Assembly: GCA_964291215.2 (NCBI GenBank)
Contig: OZ219791.1
Location: forward strand, 1,792,001-1,856,000
From: Alphaproteobacteria bacterium
GTDB lineage: Bacteria > Pseudomonadota > Alphaproteobacteria > MPNO01 > UBA830
Reading direction: 5' to 3'
Length of the DNA: 64,000 nucleotides
A program made the position numbers and the translations under genes. The notes beneath the pieces are model-generated. The model was not told the DNA's origin and made no database searches. It saw only the letters and a list, made by a program, of their open reading frames with translations. Shown here piece after piece: positions 1 to 12,332 of this stretch. How positions within the stretch are numbered: position 1 is the stretch's first letter; the number at the start of each line of letters is the position of its first letter.

Positions 1-1168
1 CCGTTGGAATCCGGACAGTGTCGATATCCACACGGGCAGATGCGGAACAGGCAGGCAGCCGCAGCCCCATGTGCAGGTCCGGACAACGGGAGCGGCGCAA
101 TGACAGGAGCAGCGTATATGGCCAACTCTCGGGGCAGGAAGCTCTACCGCGTGACCCTTTCAGCGCAGGAGCGCCGGGATCTGAAGGCGATCGTCGACGG
201 CACCGGGGCCGCCTGGCACAGGTCCTGATGCTGAGGGGCGCTTGTCGATGCCGACATTGCGCAAGGGCTGGGCATCGGCACGGCGACGGTCGAGCGTTTG
301 CGCAAGCGCTGCGTCCTGGAGGGGCTGGACGCCGCCCTCAGCCGCAAGGAGCAGGTGAACCGTCGGCCGAAACGGCTGGACGGGGCGATGGAGGCGAAAC
401 TGGTCGCCTTGCTTGTCCCCGCCCGAGGGCTGTGGATGCTGGAGCTGCTTGCCGGCCGTCTGGTGGAGATCGTCGAGCGCATTTCGGAAGAGACGGTCAG
501 GAAGACGCTAAAAAAAGAGATCAAGCGGTGGCTGAAGCAGTACTGGTGCATTCCACCGCACCGGAGCGCACAGTTCGTGGCGGCGGATGTGCTTGACATT
601 TGTCAGCGGGACTTTGCCGGGGACGAGGTGCTGGTGTGCGAGACCAGCCGGCAGCAGACGAAGGAAACCCGCATCCCCCGTTCAGCCGGAGGTGGTCGAC
701 CATGAATATGAGCGCAACGGTACGGCCAACCTCTTCCTGGCCTTCGCGCCCAACGAGAACTGGCGCACGGTGAAAGTCACCGACCGCCGCGGGACCGGGC
801 GCACTTCATCCGGGAGCTTGCCGACGACCATTCCCCCGACAGGAAGATCGTGCTGGACAACCTGAACACGCACAGTCGCTGTATGAAGCCTTCGAGCCCG
901 AGGAGGCGGGTGCGAAAGCGGTTCGAGTTTCGCTACACGCCGAAGCATGGAAGCTGGCTCAACATGGCCGAGATCGAGATCGGCGCGCTGTCGCGGCAAT
1001 GCCTTCGGCGACGCATTCCCGACCGCGACACTATGCTGCGGGAGACGGTAGCATGGGTGGAACGGCGCAATGCGGTCGATGTCACCGTCGACTGGCGTTT
1101 CACGACGAAGGATGCTCGGACGAAACTGAAGTCACTCTATCCCTCAATCTAATAATGCCAGACTACTA
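1..1168 (+). mobile_element. IS630-family element, degenerate copy 1 (left end outside window)
   Basis: Transposase pieces in several frames (DHEYERNGTANLF, LDNLNTH, YTPKHGSWLNMAEIE, DARTKLKSLYPSI); right end ...GACTACTA; near-identical to 8040-9272. Confidence 0.9.
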
Positions 1169-1171
1169 GTT

Positions 1172-3468
1172 GTAAGCGTTCGTTCATGCGGTGATGACGA
1201 TCTGCGCCGAGATTTGTTTTGGTGATTCGGAGAAGGGGGCCGTAAATTTTTTGACGGTGCCATCAGATGGTCATGTGCATTGAGGATTTCATGCCATCAT
1301 CGGGTGCGGACGCCGCTGGCGACATGCTGCAGTCGTCGTGTCGTGATTCGGTCACCTGGAAGTCCCTGTACGATCGCGAGCGTATTCGAGCCGAGGCGGC
1401 GGAAGCCCGCACGGCGGCTGCGGAGGGTCGCTGCGAGGAGCTGCGCTTGCAGGAGGTGGAGGAGCGCAGCCGCACGAATTCCCTGAAGGCGATTTTCGAG
1501 AGCAATCGCGAGAAGCTGTCAGCTGCCCGTGCGGAGGTCAGGGAAGTTCGGCGGACGGCGAAGCAGTCTCTTGCGCTGAAGCAGGAGGTTGCGCGTCCGG
1601 GCGGGCTTCTTGCCGAGGCCGGCGCGCGGAAGCGGTCGACGGTAGTGTCGCTGTGCATGGAGAATGCCGGCCTGAAGACCGCGATGAAGGTTCTGAAGGG
1701 TCGGGGCGCTCGAGGCGGAGAACGACAAGCTTCGTTTGAACAGGTCGTCGATGTACGGACGCAAGAGCGAGAAGAGGCAGCGGGCGTCATCGAAGCGCGG
1801 CCAGCAGCGCGGCACATGGCCGCGGCCGGCGCTCGAGGAGGTGGAGGAGCGGCTGAAGGTGGCGGAGGACGCCTGCTCGTGCTGCGTTGCCAACGGTTCG
1901 CACCAGGATCATCGAGATCAAAAGCGGCGGATTGTCCGCCCGCGCCGGGGCTGTGACTGCCCCGGTTCACCGAGCGAGGTGGCGGCTGTTTCCCGGCACC
2001 GCATTCGGGTGTGGACGCATGTGCTGCACGAGCGCGTGCATGCGGCCCTTGCGCCGCGTCTAGGGGCTTTCGCCGGGAACGCCGGCCAGCGAGCCGGATT
2101 CTGCCCCTGTTCGAGCCGCTTCGGGACGCGATCCTCGCGCACCGGGGTCTGCGCCATGCCGATGCATCCAGGCCCCGAGGGAGGTCCGGAAGTCGCGCCT
2201 GGCTCCGGACATCGGTCAGCCGTGACGCGGTTCTCTCCCTCGCGCAGCGCCGAGGTCGCGGCGAAGCTGTTCGCGGACGCCCCCATGTCTGCGACCGCTA
2301 CGGTGCCTGCAAGAAGCTGGCGCGCCTGTGGTCCTTCATCATCCTGTGCTGTTGTCGGGCGCATTGTCGGCGCGACTGTCCGTACTGCGCCGGCCGCAGC
2401 TGGAGGGGTGGAAATGGATCGATCGCGGAGATCTGCCGCCTGAACACGGCTCGACTGCCTTGCTTCCGGCGGCGTTCGAGGCTGCGCAGGCGGCGCTGGA
2501 GACTGCGGTCGCCGCGCTGTTTGCAGAAGCGTCGAGGCTTCCGAAAGCGGTGCCGGAAGGCAGGCCGCTGCGCTCAACCATCGCGTGTTCGTCGACCATG
2601 GACAACAATTTCGGGGAAAGGGCTCTCAGGGGCCCGGCCAACGGGCGGAAGCCCGGCTTCGGTTCCGACAGCATGGACGGCTGTCATGTACACGGCACGG
2701 TCGCGAGGAGCGGCCTCGACGTTCTGCGCTGGCGCCTGCGCGGAGAACGGCGGCCCGGCGATCTGTCGCCCTAGTTGCCGTGAGCCCGGAGAGGCGGCGG
2801 AGATTGGCGGCGCCGCCGTGAGTGGCGAGGTCGAGTGCCGCTGCCATGGGCGCGACTTCATGGTCGCGCAGTGCTGCGACGATTACGGAGCGGACCCTAT
2901 CGCCCGCGCCTTCTGCCGCCGCCAGCCCCGAAGCTGATCACGTCGGACACCGAGCCGCCGCCCCGAAGACCCTCGACGAGCTCCACCCGCTGATACTACC
3001 TCGGATACACGCGCCTGGTCGGCGCGCAGATGCGCTACGCGGTCCATGACCGGAACAGCGAGCCGCTGCTTCTCGACCGTCGCATGGACCGCGCGCTGCA
3101 ACACCCCGCCCGTGCCCTGCGAAACCCTGGTCCCGCGCTGCGGCGTCTGCCGGATCCGCGTCGAAACAACCAGCGGCCGCTACGACCGACATGACAGAAG
3201 CCGAAGAAGGACATCTGGCCCGCTCCGCAAGGACTGGAAGCGGACCCTCAATCGCTGAACCCTGCAACCGGCACAGGATGGCGCTCAGCTCCTCCTCCGC
3301 AGCGCCGGGACAAAACCGCAACCAATGCGGAAAACACGGCATGGCGCCAGTGCCCCTCACCGCGCATCCCGGTGCACGAAACCGCTCCGGGTGACGCTGG
3401 AACTCCCTGACAAAAGCCCGTCAAACGGACGAAAATAACAACACCTCACCGCACGAACAAACGCTTAC
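1172..3468 (+). mobile_element. IS66-family element (type A), degenerate, with DUF4338-like passenger remnant
   Basis: Terminal inverted repeats GTAAGCGTTCGTTCATGCGGTGA / TCACCGCACGAACAAACGCTTAC; TnpC-like pieces (MDNNFGERALRGP..GRK..FGS); YLGYTRLVGAQMRYAVHDRN at ~2994-3055. Confidence 0.8.
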
Positions 3469-3714
3469 GCACCCGAATAACTTGTCTGCCGCCGTAGCCC
3501 ACAGGTTCCTTCCACGCGCGAAACCGTCCCGGTATCTCTCGACAGTTCCAAACGAAACCGGGCTCAGCGCTTGTCAGGGAATCGAGGCCGGTATTCGAAG
3601 CCGACCCGCAACCGGAGCAACATGCCAGCAGCCTGCGCTGACCGCGCTGTTCAGGACGCCAAAGTCAATGGTCATGTCGCGCGCGCCACGCAAGTGTGTG
3701 TCGGCCGCGCCGGT

Positions 3715-4014
3715 TCAGCGCCCGGGTCCGGCGGTCAGCACCTCATCAAGGCTCGCCGCCACCAGAACCGCCTCCGCCCAGGCCTCCAGATCGGCGGCCG
3801 ACGCGTTGCGAACCCGCTCGCGAGCCGCATCCGGCACATCACCGAAGCGCAACGCCAGTTGACGAAGAAGAAGTTCCGCCAGGGTCTGTATTCGGCCCCG
3901 TTCGATTCCCTTCTCAATTCCTTCGGCTCTTCCCTTCTCGATTCCTTCGGCTCTTCCCGTCTCGATTCCTTCGGCTCTTCCCTGTTCGATCCAGGCTTGT
4001 GCGACCGTTCCCAT
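3715..4014 (-). CDS. Putative intragenic small Rpn protein (RpnS-like), 99 aa
   Basis: In-frame ATG (MGTVAQAWIEQG) preceded by GGGAGG at SD spacing: TGGGAGGCGCTG-ATG. Confidence 0.6.
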   Translation of the reverse strand: MGTVAQAWIEQGRAEGIETGRAEGIEKGRAEGIEKGIERGRIQTLAELLLRQLALRFGDVPDAARERVRNASAADLEAWAEAVLVAASLDEVLTAGPGR

Positions 4015-4740
4015 CAGCGCCTCCCAGCGGTCCGGCTTCGTCCGGCGCAGCGACGCCTCCAGCAAAAACGGCGTCAGGTTCATGCGCTCGGCAATGTAGC
4101 GCACAATATGACGCTCGAACGCGCTTCCCGCAACCGGCCCGCCCGTCATCTCGTCGAGAAGATCGGGCGGTATCTCCTCGGCATGAACGACCCTGAGCGC
4201 CAGAAGCCCGGCCCGCACCTCGGGCGAGGCCGACAGCCGGTCTGGCGCAATCTCGCCAAGGTCGTGCACCACATAGGCGAACTCCTTGACAAGCGGCTCC
4301 AGCGCCTCGGGCGCGTCGATCATCCCCGGCACCGAGCGCGCCGCCGTCCAGCGGCCCCGGCCGTGGTAGAAGACCAGCGGGACGATCGCCGGCAGCCTGT
4401 CCCCGGCGCCGCCGCCCTCGATCTCGCGGCGCCAGATGTTGACCATGTATTTCAGGAGCTGGAGCGGCGTGTCGGCATCGACGCGGCTCTTGTGTTCGAG
4501 CAACACATAGAGGCGCGCCTCGTGGCCGCTCCTCAGCCTGACCCGGAAGAGCGCGTCGCACTGGGTCCGCGCGGCGTCCTCGTCGACGAAGCTGCCCTCG
4601 ACCGCCTCGGGCGGGGCCTCGGGGTCGAGGAGGGCGGCCACCTCCGGCGGCAGGTATTGCGCGAGCAGCGAAGCAGCGCGGGCCGGCTCGGAGACCAGCG
4701 CTCGGAACAGCGCATCGTGCGGCGTCGCCGGAAGGCTCAC
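3715..4740 (-). CDS. Rpn/YhgA-like (Transposase_31, PD-(D/E)XK) recombination-promoting nuclease
   Basis: PHDALF N-terminus, D..F / LLEHKS motifs, PAIVPLVFYHG, C-terminal GRAEGIEKG repeats; intact 341-aa ORF. Confidence 0.9.
   Translation of the reverse strand: MSLPATPHDALFRALVSEPARAASLLAQYLPPEVAALLDPEAPPEAVEGSFVDEDAARTQCDALFRVRLRSGHEARLYVLLEHKSRVDADTPLQLLKYMVNIWRREIEGGGAGDRLPAIVPLVFYHGRGRWTAARSVPGMIDAPEALEPLVKEFAYVVHDLGEIAPDRLSASPEVRAGLLALRVVHAEEIPPDLLDEMTGGPVAGSAFERHIVRYIAERMNLTPFLLEASLRRTKPDRWEALMGTVAQAWIEQGRAEGIETGRAEGIEKGRAEGIEKGIERGRIQTLAELLLRQLALRFGDVPDAARERVRNASAADLEAWAEAVLVAASLDEVLTAGPGR
3900..3985 (-). repeat. 24-bp coding tandem repeat (about 3 units) in Rpn C-terminus
   Basis: Repeated (C/T)TC(G/A)ATTCCTTCGGCTCTTCCC units encoding GRAEGIE(T/K). 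Confidence 0.85.
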
Positions 4741-4891
4741 CGGACAGGTTCTCCGGCGTCTCCGGGAGGCTCCCGAAGGACAGCTCGCTCACGGACTGGA
4801 AGAGGGTCGGCATTCGGCATGGCGGCACCCTACACTGGGCAACATCGGCTCCGCAATCGCCGGACCCTGTGGCGGGGATATGCCAGAGCCG

Positions 4892-5020
4892 TCATGACGG
4901 GCGGTAGTCCCCGAGGATATCGGCAGCAATGCTGTCGGAGACGCAGACGGCAAACCCGCGCACCGGGCCTTGCGCCAGATGCGCATAGCGCGCGGTAGTG
5001 GAAGGACTCCATGCCGCATT
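4892..5020 (-). pseudogene. C-terminal remnant of a tyrosine integrase
   Basis: TTARYAHLA...V.DSIAADIL, typical catalytic-Tyr tail; no N-terminal part. Confidence 0.55.
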
Positions 5021-5208
5021 CGGCTGATTTCCCGCATCGCGGGCGGCAATTGGCCGGGTCGAGCCAACGGGTGCACAGCGGGCATCAAGTGGATTACTCG
5101 ATTCCGGGAAGGCGCCCTGGTGAACAGGCATACAGCGGTTGAGGCGGCGAGGAGGGCGGCCGCGCTGGCAGGCATCCGGTTCGGGAAGTCCATGCGGGGG
5201 ACCGCAAC

Positions 5209-5789
5209 ATGACCGCCGGAAACGATACCGGACGAACGGCAGGTTCGGCCTCCGGCCTGGCGTCGGGGTGCCAGCGAGGGGATGCCGGAGGGGTGCTGGA
5301 GCCGGGCGCGGCGCCGCTGCTCGGGCTGATGGGAGGCGCGGTCGAGGGGCTGCGCCTGCTCGGCGGCGGTCTGGTGCTCAAGATCAAACATGGCGGCGCG
5401 GCGGTCCGGATCGACCTCGGGAATGCGGTGCGGTTCCCCGACGACGGCGGCATTTCGATCAGGCATCCGTTCGGGCTGCGAATGCCGCTGTCGGTTCGGC
5501 GCCTCCTCGACTTCTGGAACGTGGCGGGTCTTCCGGTCCCTTGGAACGGGCAGGGTCGGGGGGCACGGTTCGCGAGATCGACGGGCTGATGACGGTGCTG
5601 GCCGGGCTCGGGGCCGGCAAGACGCCGCGCGGGATCGCGGAAGACATCTGGGACGAGGAGGATGTGGCAGCGACATGGACCTCCGACAGCTGGATGCGCT
5701 CGCAGGTGCGGCGCTGGGTCCCGAAGGCAGAGGCGCTTGCCGACGGCGGCTGGCGCGAGTTCGTGCCGCGCGGCCTGGCCGGGGAGTGA
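5209..5789 (+). pseudogene. DUF2285-like (FseA-type ICE activator) DNA-binding protein, frameshifted
   Basis: C-terminal GKTPRGIAEDIW...W..DSWMRSQVRRWV.KAEALADGGWREF; split over two frames. Confidence 0.55.
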
Positions 5790-6242
5790 TCGGGAGGCGC
5801 GAAGCGCGGGTGGAGGAAACCGGCGCTCGCGCTACAGCCCATGACCTGCTTGAGGGACGCGGCGGTTCGCCCGGAAGCGCCATGCTGCAGATCGTCGGCG
5901 AGTTGCACATATACTTGGCGGTTATCCGGGTCCGGGCAGGGCTTGCCGCGCATCCCGTGGTGCAACGCCGCCACGTCGTCGCGCGCCAGCGCCGTTACCT
6001 TGAGCGCAGAAAGATCGTTTGCGTCTCCCCTTGCCCTACCCGCCGATGGCGTGGCCGGACGCCGCGTTCCCTGATCTCCTGCGCAGGCTCGACAGTTCCA
6101 CGGCTTCATAAAACAAACGTAACTGCTCACCCCCTGGTTCCGGCTTGATGTCGGGGTAGAGTAACGAACGGGTTTTCGTGGAGATTTGACACTGCAGGCC
6201 GATTCGTTTAGTGGTGGTCATCGAGAACGACGGGGACCGCCA

Positions 6243-6862
6243 GTGGGCTACTTTGGATCGAAGGCGACGAGCGGGCTGTGCCAGCTGCTTCCGGGGCTCC
6301 AGCCTCCGCATGATCTGTATGTGGAAACGCATCCGGGAGGCGGCGCGCTGATGAAGCGCAAGGCGCTGCGCTCGATCGGGATCGACCGGCGAGTGCTGGA
6401 CGGGTTCGGGTGCGACTATCCGGTGGAACTGATCCACGGCTGCGCCCACGCGTTCCTGGCCGGCCTTGCGTTCCGGGGCACGGAACTGGTCTGCAGCGAC
6501 CCCTGCAGGCGACCCGCCGGTCGAAGCGGCGATACCGCCACGACTACACCGAAGCCGACCATGTCGAACTCCTTGAACTGCTCAAGGGGCTGCCGTGTCA
6601 GGCGATGGTCTTGGGCCGCCCCTCGGCGTTGTACGACGACCTGCTGCGAGACTGGCGCCGCATCGTCGTGCAGGTGACGCCCCGGGTCCGCACCGAGGTG
6701 GTGTGGCTCGACTTCGAACCCGGGCGGATGCACTCGGCCGGCGATGTCGGGCGGAACCGCACGGACCGTCAGCGCATCAAGCGCAAGGCGGGGTACCGGA
6801 AGATGCCGCCGGGTGAGCGCCAGGCGATGCTCGCGGCGATCATGACCGTCGAGGCCGGGTGA
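6243..6862 (+). pseudogene. Dam-like (D12-class) DNA adenine methyltransferase, frameshifted
   Basis: GYFGSK, YVETHPGGGA (SAM-binding), LVCSDP (degenerate DPPY), Y.HDYTEADHVELL, LYDDLL.DWRR, RTEVVW. Confidence 0.7.
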
Positions 6863-8039
6863 TGGCGACGGGCGGCGCGCGAGGAGTTCGAAGCGGCCAA
6901 GACCGCGGCGCTGCCGGCAAGGTGCCGAAAGAGGCCGTGATCCGCGTCTTCGTCATCCTGCTCGACATCCTCATCGTCGTCCTTCTGGAGAAGACCACGC
7001 ACGAGCCGGAACTCCGGTCTGCCGCCGTCACAGACGGACAAGAGCGTGCTGGGAGCAACGGCCCGAAGCCGAACCAGCAGATGGGCGACAACCTGCGCAA
7101 GACCATCGTCGAGGAGACGGTCGCGGCCTGCGACGCCTGCGGCGCCGACGGCCCCGTCGATCGGGAGCGCCGCACGACATCGTGTTCGAGGTCGTCGAGC
7201 GCCGCGTCGACGCCGAGGAATGCCCGAAGTGCAAGGGCCGGTTCCCCGACAACATCCCGTGCAGTACGGCATCCAGGCCCTCGTCATCAACCTGCTGGTC
7301 GCCCAGATGCTGTCCCTGCGCCGTCGCGCTCGTGCAGGCGATCTCCGGCATCAAGCTCTCCGAGGACTCGGCTATGCTTTCACGATGCGTCATGGGAGGA
7401 GGCCGCCGTGGCGCACCTCCTGCAACGCCCGATGTCGATGATTTCGGATCAACGGCAAGTGGCTCCATGTCGTCGGGACGTGCAAGTTCCCGCACCGCAA
7501 GCAAGAGATCGGCCCGTGCTACAAGGGCGTCCTGGGCCTCGTACATGGCAGTGTAGCCACCAGCGGCAGCCACCTGCTGCGCGAACTGACCTTTGTCGTC
7601 GAGGCTACCGCGCGACTGATGAAGAGCCTGCTCCGCGAGGTCTGTCACAAGATCAACAAGAGCGCATCCAGGACCCTGAACGAGGCCGGGCGCAAGCGCA
7701 CCATCAGGGCGCCAGGGAACTGCCCGACATCCCGACGAAAGGAAAACGCATAGCAAACGCGCACAACCTGCACGAACGTCTCGTGAAACACGAAAACCTG
7801 CGCTTCACAGACGACCCCGATGTCAGCTTCACCAACAATGCCGAAGAACAGAAGATCAGGATGGCAAAGGTCAAGGTGTCCGGATGCTTCCGCTCCACGC
7901 AAAAGCATGGTGCCGGGGCTCAAGCTACCTCACCTCCATGGCCGCACTCGGCTACAATCATCACGTCGCCACCCGGATCGCCCTCAACGGAAAAGCCGCA
8001 GACATCATCAACGAGCACTACGACCAATCAGAACCCAAC

Positions 8040-9272
8040 TAGTAGTCCACCGGCATTGTATTGATGGTTTTTGTGGGTAGTATTCCTGTGTCGGCATCCG
8101 TTGGAATCCGGACAGTACCGATATCCAACGGGCAGATGCCGAACAGGCAGGCAGCCCCATGCGCAGGTCCGGACAACGGGCATGCCCGCAGGTCTTCGGC
8201 GCAATGACAGGAGCGTGGCCAACTCTCGGGGCAGGAAGCTCTACCGGGTGACCCTTTCAACGCAGGAGCGCCAGGATTTGAAGGCGATCGTCGACGGCAC
8301 CGGGGCCACCTGGCGCCGGGCACAGGTCCTGATGCTGAAGGGGCGCTTGTCGATGCCGACATTGCGCAAGGGCTGGGCATCGGCACGGCGACGATTGAGC
8401 GCTTGCGCAAGCGCTGCGTCCTGGAGGGGCTGGACGCCGCCCTCAGCCGCAAGGAGCAGGTGAACCGCCGGCCGAAACGGGGGCGATGGAGGCGAAGCTG
8501 ATCGCCCTGTTCGTCCCCGCCCGAGGGCTGTGCCCGCTGAAGCTGCTCGCCGGCCGTCTGGTGGAGATGGAGATTGTCGAGCGCATTTCGGAAGAGACGG
8601 TCAGGAAGACGCTAAAAAAAGAGATCAAACCGTGGCTGAAGCAGTACTGGTGCATTCCACCGCACCGGAGCGCACAGTTCGTAGTGGCAGACGTACTTGA
8701 CATTTATCAGCGGGACTTTGCCAGGGACGAGGTGCTGGAGACCAGCCGGCAGCAGGAAACCCGCATCCCCCGGTCAGCCGGAGGTGGTCGACTATGAATA
8801 TGAGCGCAACGGCACGGCCAACCTCTTCATGGCCTTTGCGCCCAACGAGAACTGGCGCACGGTGAAAGTCACCGACCGCCGCGGGACTGGGCGCACTTCA
8901 TCCGGGAGCTTGCCGACGACCATTTCCCCGACAGGAAGATCGTGCTGGACAATCTGAACACGCACAGTCCCGCATCACTATATGAAGCTTTCGAGCCCGA
9001 GGAGGCGAGGCGGGTGCGAAAGCGGTTCGAGTTTCGCTATACGCCGAAGCACGGAAGCTGGCTCAACATGGCCGAGATCGAGATCGGCGCGCTGTCGCGG
9101 CAATGCCTTCGGCGACGCATTCCCGACCGCGACACCATGCTGCGGGAGACCGTGGCGTGGGTCGAGCGCCGCAATGCGGCCGATGTCACTGTCGACTGGC
9201 GTTTCACGACGAAGGATGCCCGGACGAAACTGAAGTCACTATATCCCTCAATCCAATAATGTTAGACTACTA
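8040..9272 (+). mobile_element. IS630-family element, degenerate copy 2
   Basis: Ends TAGTAGTCCACCGGCATT / ATGTTAGACTACTA; inserted at the TA of CTAG (uninterrupted site AACTAGGGGTGAG seen at 33268 and 49281). Confidence 0.9.
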
Positions 9273-9516
9273 GGGGTGAGTAGATACCAAAAATTTATGC
9301 CATCATTACACTCGAACCACTTGGAAGGCATGGGTAGAGCTGGTATGAAATCAGCGATGGAATCTTCTATGGTCCCATCCTAGGAGCGGCTTGCATCCTC
9401 GTGGGAGTAACCGGTTTCTGCGAGGGCGGAAGTGATCTAGTTGGACCATTCTATAGGGCTGGTCGACTGGTCGAACAGACTCCGACGATGCCTTCACACT
9501 TGACGAGGTGGGTTTC

Positions 9517-10419
9517 ATGTCGCGGTTGGGTAGCTTGGATCGTCTGGAATCGGAAAGTATTCATATCATTCGGGAGGTGGCCGCGGAATTTCGCAGTCCC
9601 GTGATGCTGTATTCAATTGGGAAGGATTCGAGCGTCATGCTTCATCTGGCGCTCAAGGCGTTCGCCCCCGGCAGACTTCCGTTTCCGTTGCTGCATATCG
9701 ATACCGGATGGAAATTTCGCGAAATGATCCGGTTCCGAGACGAAACCGCTGCCCGGTTTGGCCTTGATCTCATCGTGCATGTCAACAGGGAAGGCATCGA
9801 GCGCGGTATCGGTCCGATAAGCCACGGTTCCCGGGTTCATACGGAGGTGATGAAGACGGAGGCGCTCAAGCAGGCGCTGGAGGCGTACGGTTTCGACGCA
9901 GCCCTTGGCGGAGCCCGTCGCGATGAGGAGAAATCCCGCGCCAAGGAACGGATATTTTCCTTTCGTAACGAAGCGCATCGCTGGGACCCCAGGAATCAGC
10001 GCCCGGAATTGTGGAATCTCTACAACACGCGCATCCGGCCAGGACAAAGTGTGCGCGTGTTCCCGTTGTCCAATTGGACCGAGCTCGATGTCTGGCAATA
10101 CATCCACCGCGAGGACATTCCGATTGTTCCGCTCTATTTCTCCGCTCGGCGTCCCGTCGTGGCGCGCGACGGCATGCTGATCGTGGTCGATGATGACCGT
10201 CTGCCGGTTGAACCGGCCGAGAAGCCGGTAGAAACCCGTGTGCGTTTCCGCACGCTCGGCTGCTATCCGCTGACGGGCGCGGTCGAGTCCGGAGCAATCA
10301 CGGTTCGGGATATCATCGTGGAACTCATGAAAAGCAGCGAGTCCGAACGAAAAGACCGGGCCGTCGACAACGATCAGGTGGGCTCCATGGAGAAGAAAAA
10401 GCAAGAGGGATACTTCTGA
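9517..10419 (+). CDS. cysD: Sulfate adenylyltransferase subunit 2
   Basis: [56 protein letters not shown]. Confidence 0.95.
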   Translation: MSRLGSLDRLESESIHIIREVAAEFRSPVMLYSIGKDSSVMLHLALKAFAPGRLPFPLLHIDTGWKFREMIRFRDETAARFGLDLIVHVNREGIERGIGPISHGSRVHTEVMKTEALKQALEAYGFDAALGGARRDEEKSRAKERIFSFRNEAHRWDPRNQRPELWNLYNTRIRPGQSVRVFPLSNWTELDVWQYIHREDIPIVPLYFSARRPVVARDGMLIVVDDDRLPVEPAEKPVETRVRFRTLGCYPLTGAVESGAITVRDIIVELMKSSESERKDRAVDNDQVGSMEKKKQEGYF

Positions 10420-12329
10420 TGCCAGGCCACGCGGGTTCCGCGACCGCGTCGCCGTATGTCGAAGACTTTCTCGACAATCGGGGCAACAAGACCGAGCTGC
10501 GTTTCATCGTCTGCGGTTCCGTGGATGACGGCAAATCGACGCTGCTTGGCCGGCTGCTGCACGATTCGAGGAACGTCTTCGACGACCAGCTTTCGACCGC
10601 CGAGGCGGAAAGCCGGACTTACGGCACCCAGGGTGATGCGGTCGACCTCGCCCTCCTGATCGACGGTCTGCAGGCCGAGCGCGAGCAGGGGATCACCATC
10701 GATGTCGCCTATCGCTATTTTGAAACCGACCAGCGCAGGTTCGTTGCGATTGATGCGCCAGGCCATGAGCAATATACGCGAAACATGGCGTCTGGCGCGT
10801 CGAACGCCGACGCCGCCCTGATTCTGGTCGATGCGCGGAAGGGCATCCTACCCCAGGCTCGCCGTCACAGCTGCATTGTCTCGCTGATGGGCATTTCCCA
10901 AGCTGTTCTTGCCGTCAACAAGATGGATCTGGTCGACTACGATTCCGGGATTTTCACGTCCATTGCCGATACATACCGGTCGTTCGCGAGCGGGTTGGGA
11001 ATCGAAGAGGTCACCGCGATACCGATATCCGCGCTGACGGGCGAGAATGTCGTCGGTGCGCGAGGCGGGACTCCTTGGTACGACGGCCCGACATTGATGC
11101 AGTTTCTTGAAACTCTCAGCACGGAGGAGAAAGAACAAACGGGTGCATTTCGCCTGCCAGTTCAGTGGGTTAACCGCCCCAATTCGGAATTTCGCGGCTT
11201 CAGCGGCACTGTGGCTTCGGGCACAGTCGAACGGGGAACATCCATCGTCGTCAGCCCATCGGGCGAAACATCTGCCGTCGCGCGCATTCTTGGGCCGTCG
11301 GGCGATCTGGAACGCGCAGTGGCGGGTCAGTCGATCACGCTCGCGCTGGTCGACGATATCGACGTGAGCCGCCACGACATGATCGCGGATGGCGAGCAGC
11401 CGCCACAACTTGCTGATCAGTTCGCTGCGCATCTGATTTGGATGGATGCCCACCCCATGTTGCCGGAGCGGGCCTATCTGGCGCGTTTCGCGAGCGCGTC
11501 CGCTGTTGCCCAAATCACCGACCTTTCCCACCGGCTCAATGTCGACGGTCTGGGTCGGCTTGCTGCTCAGACGCTCGAACTCAACGAAATCGGCTATTGC
11601 AAGATATCTCTCGACCGTCCTGTGCCGTTTGATCCTTTTGACGAGAATCGGAGAACCGGCTCCTTCGTGCTTATCGATCGCTTCACCGACGCGACGGTCG
11701 GCGCGGGCATGATCCGTTTCGCACTCCGCCGGGCGAGCAATGTCGTTTGGCAGGATCTGAAGGTTGATAAAGCGACGCGCTCGCACGCTATCGGCCAGCG
11801 CCCATGCATTCTGTGGTTCACCGGACTGTCCGGTGCTGGCAAATCCACGATTGCTGACCGAGTGGAACAGAAACTCCACGCGCTCGGCAGGCACACCTAT
11901 CTGCTTGACGGCGACAACGTTCGACACGGGCTGAACAGGGATCTCGGTTTCACCGAGGGGGACCGGGTAGAGAACATCCGCCGGATTTCCGAGGTCGCCA
12001 AGCTGATGGTCGATGCCGGGTTGATCGTAATCGTTTCCTTCATATCGCCACTTCAATCCGAGCGTGAGATGGCCCGGATGAAGGTGGAAGAGACTGAATT
12101 CGTCGAAATCTTCGTCGATACGCCCGTCGAGGTTTGCGAAGCGCGTGATCCGAAGGGGCTGTACGCAAAGGCCCGCAAGGGAGACCTCGTGAATTTCACA
12201 GGCATCGACTCGCCATACGAACCACCGGAGAAACCGGAACTTCGCATCGAAACCACGAAGGTCTCCGTGGAGGAAGCGGCGGAGCAGGTGGTGGAGCTTC
12301 TGCGGAAAACACAGTCTGACGCTGGATAG
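10419..12329 (+). CDS. cysNC: Bifunctional sulfate adenylyltransferase subunit 1 / APS kinase (CysNC/NodQ)
   Basis: [33 protein letters not shown]; C-terminal [12 protein letters not shown] and [10 protein letters not shown]; start overlaps cysD stop. Confidence 0.95.
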   Translation: MPGHAGSATASPYVEDFLDNRGNKTELRFIVCGSVDDGKSTLLGRLLHDSRNVFDDQLSTAEAESRTYGTQGDAVDLALLIDGLQAEREQGITIDVAYRYFETDQRRFVAIDAPGHEQYTRNMASGASNADAALILVDARKGILPQARRHSCIVSLMGISQAVLAVNKMDLVDYDSGIFTSIADTYRSFASGLGIEEVTAIPISALTGENVVGARGGTPWYDGPTLMQFLETLSTEEKEQTGAFRLPVQWVNRPNSEFRGFSGTVASGTVERGTSIVVSPSGETSAVARILGPSGDLERAVAGQSITLALVDDIDVSRHDMIADGEQPPQLADQFAAHLIWMDAHPMLPERAYLARFASASAVAQITDLSHRLNVDGLGRLAAQTLELNEIGYCKISLDRPVPFDPFDENRRTGSFVLIDRFTDATVGAGMIRFALRRASNVVWQDLKVDKATRSHAIGQRPCILWFTGLSGAGKSTIADRVEQKLHALGRHTYLLDGDNVRHGLNRDLGFTEGDRVENIRRISEVAKLMVDAGLIVIVSFISPLQSEREMARMKVEETEFVEIFVDTPVEVCEARDPKGLYAKARKGDLVNFTGIDSPYEPPEKPELRIETTKVSVEEAAEQVVELLRKTQSDAG

Positions 12330-12332
12330 GCT

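Larger units (their letters stand above)
6119..9287 (+). mobile_element. IS66-family element (type B) carrying a DNA adenine methylase remnant; interrupted by IS630 near its right end
   Basis: Ends GTAACTGCTCACCCC / GGGGTGAGTAGATAC; TnpC pieces (VSFTNNAEEQKIRMAKVKVSGCFRS); homologous to 31811-33287. Confidence 0.8.

Noticed and set aside
505-520. A7 run (CTAAAAAAAG) as an active programmed frameshift in IS630
   Set aside because: A known IS630 feature, but the copies are otherwise broken, so function cannot be claimed
3900-3985. Short repeats as a CRISPR array
   Set aside because: Tandem coding repeats without spacers; no cas genes anywhere in the window
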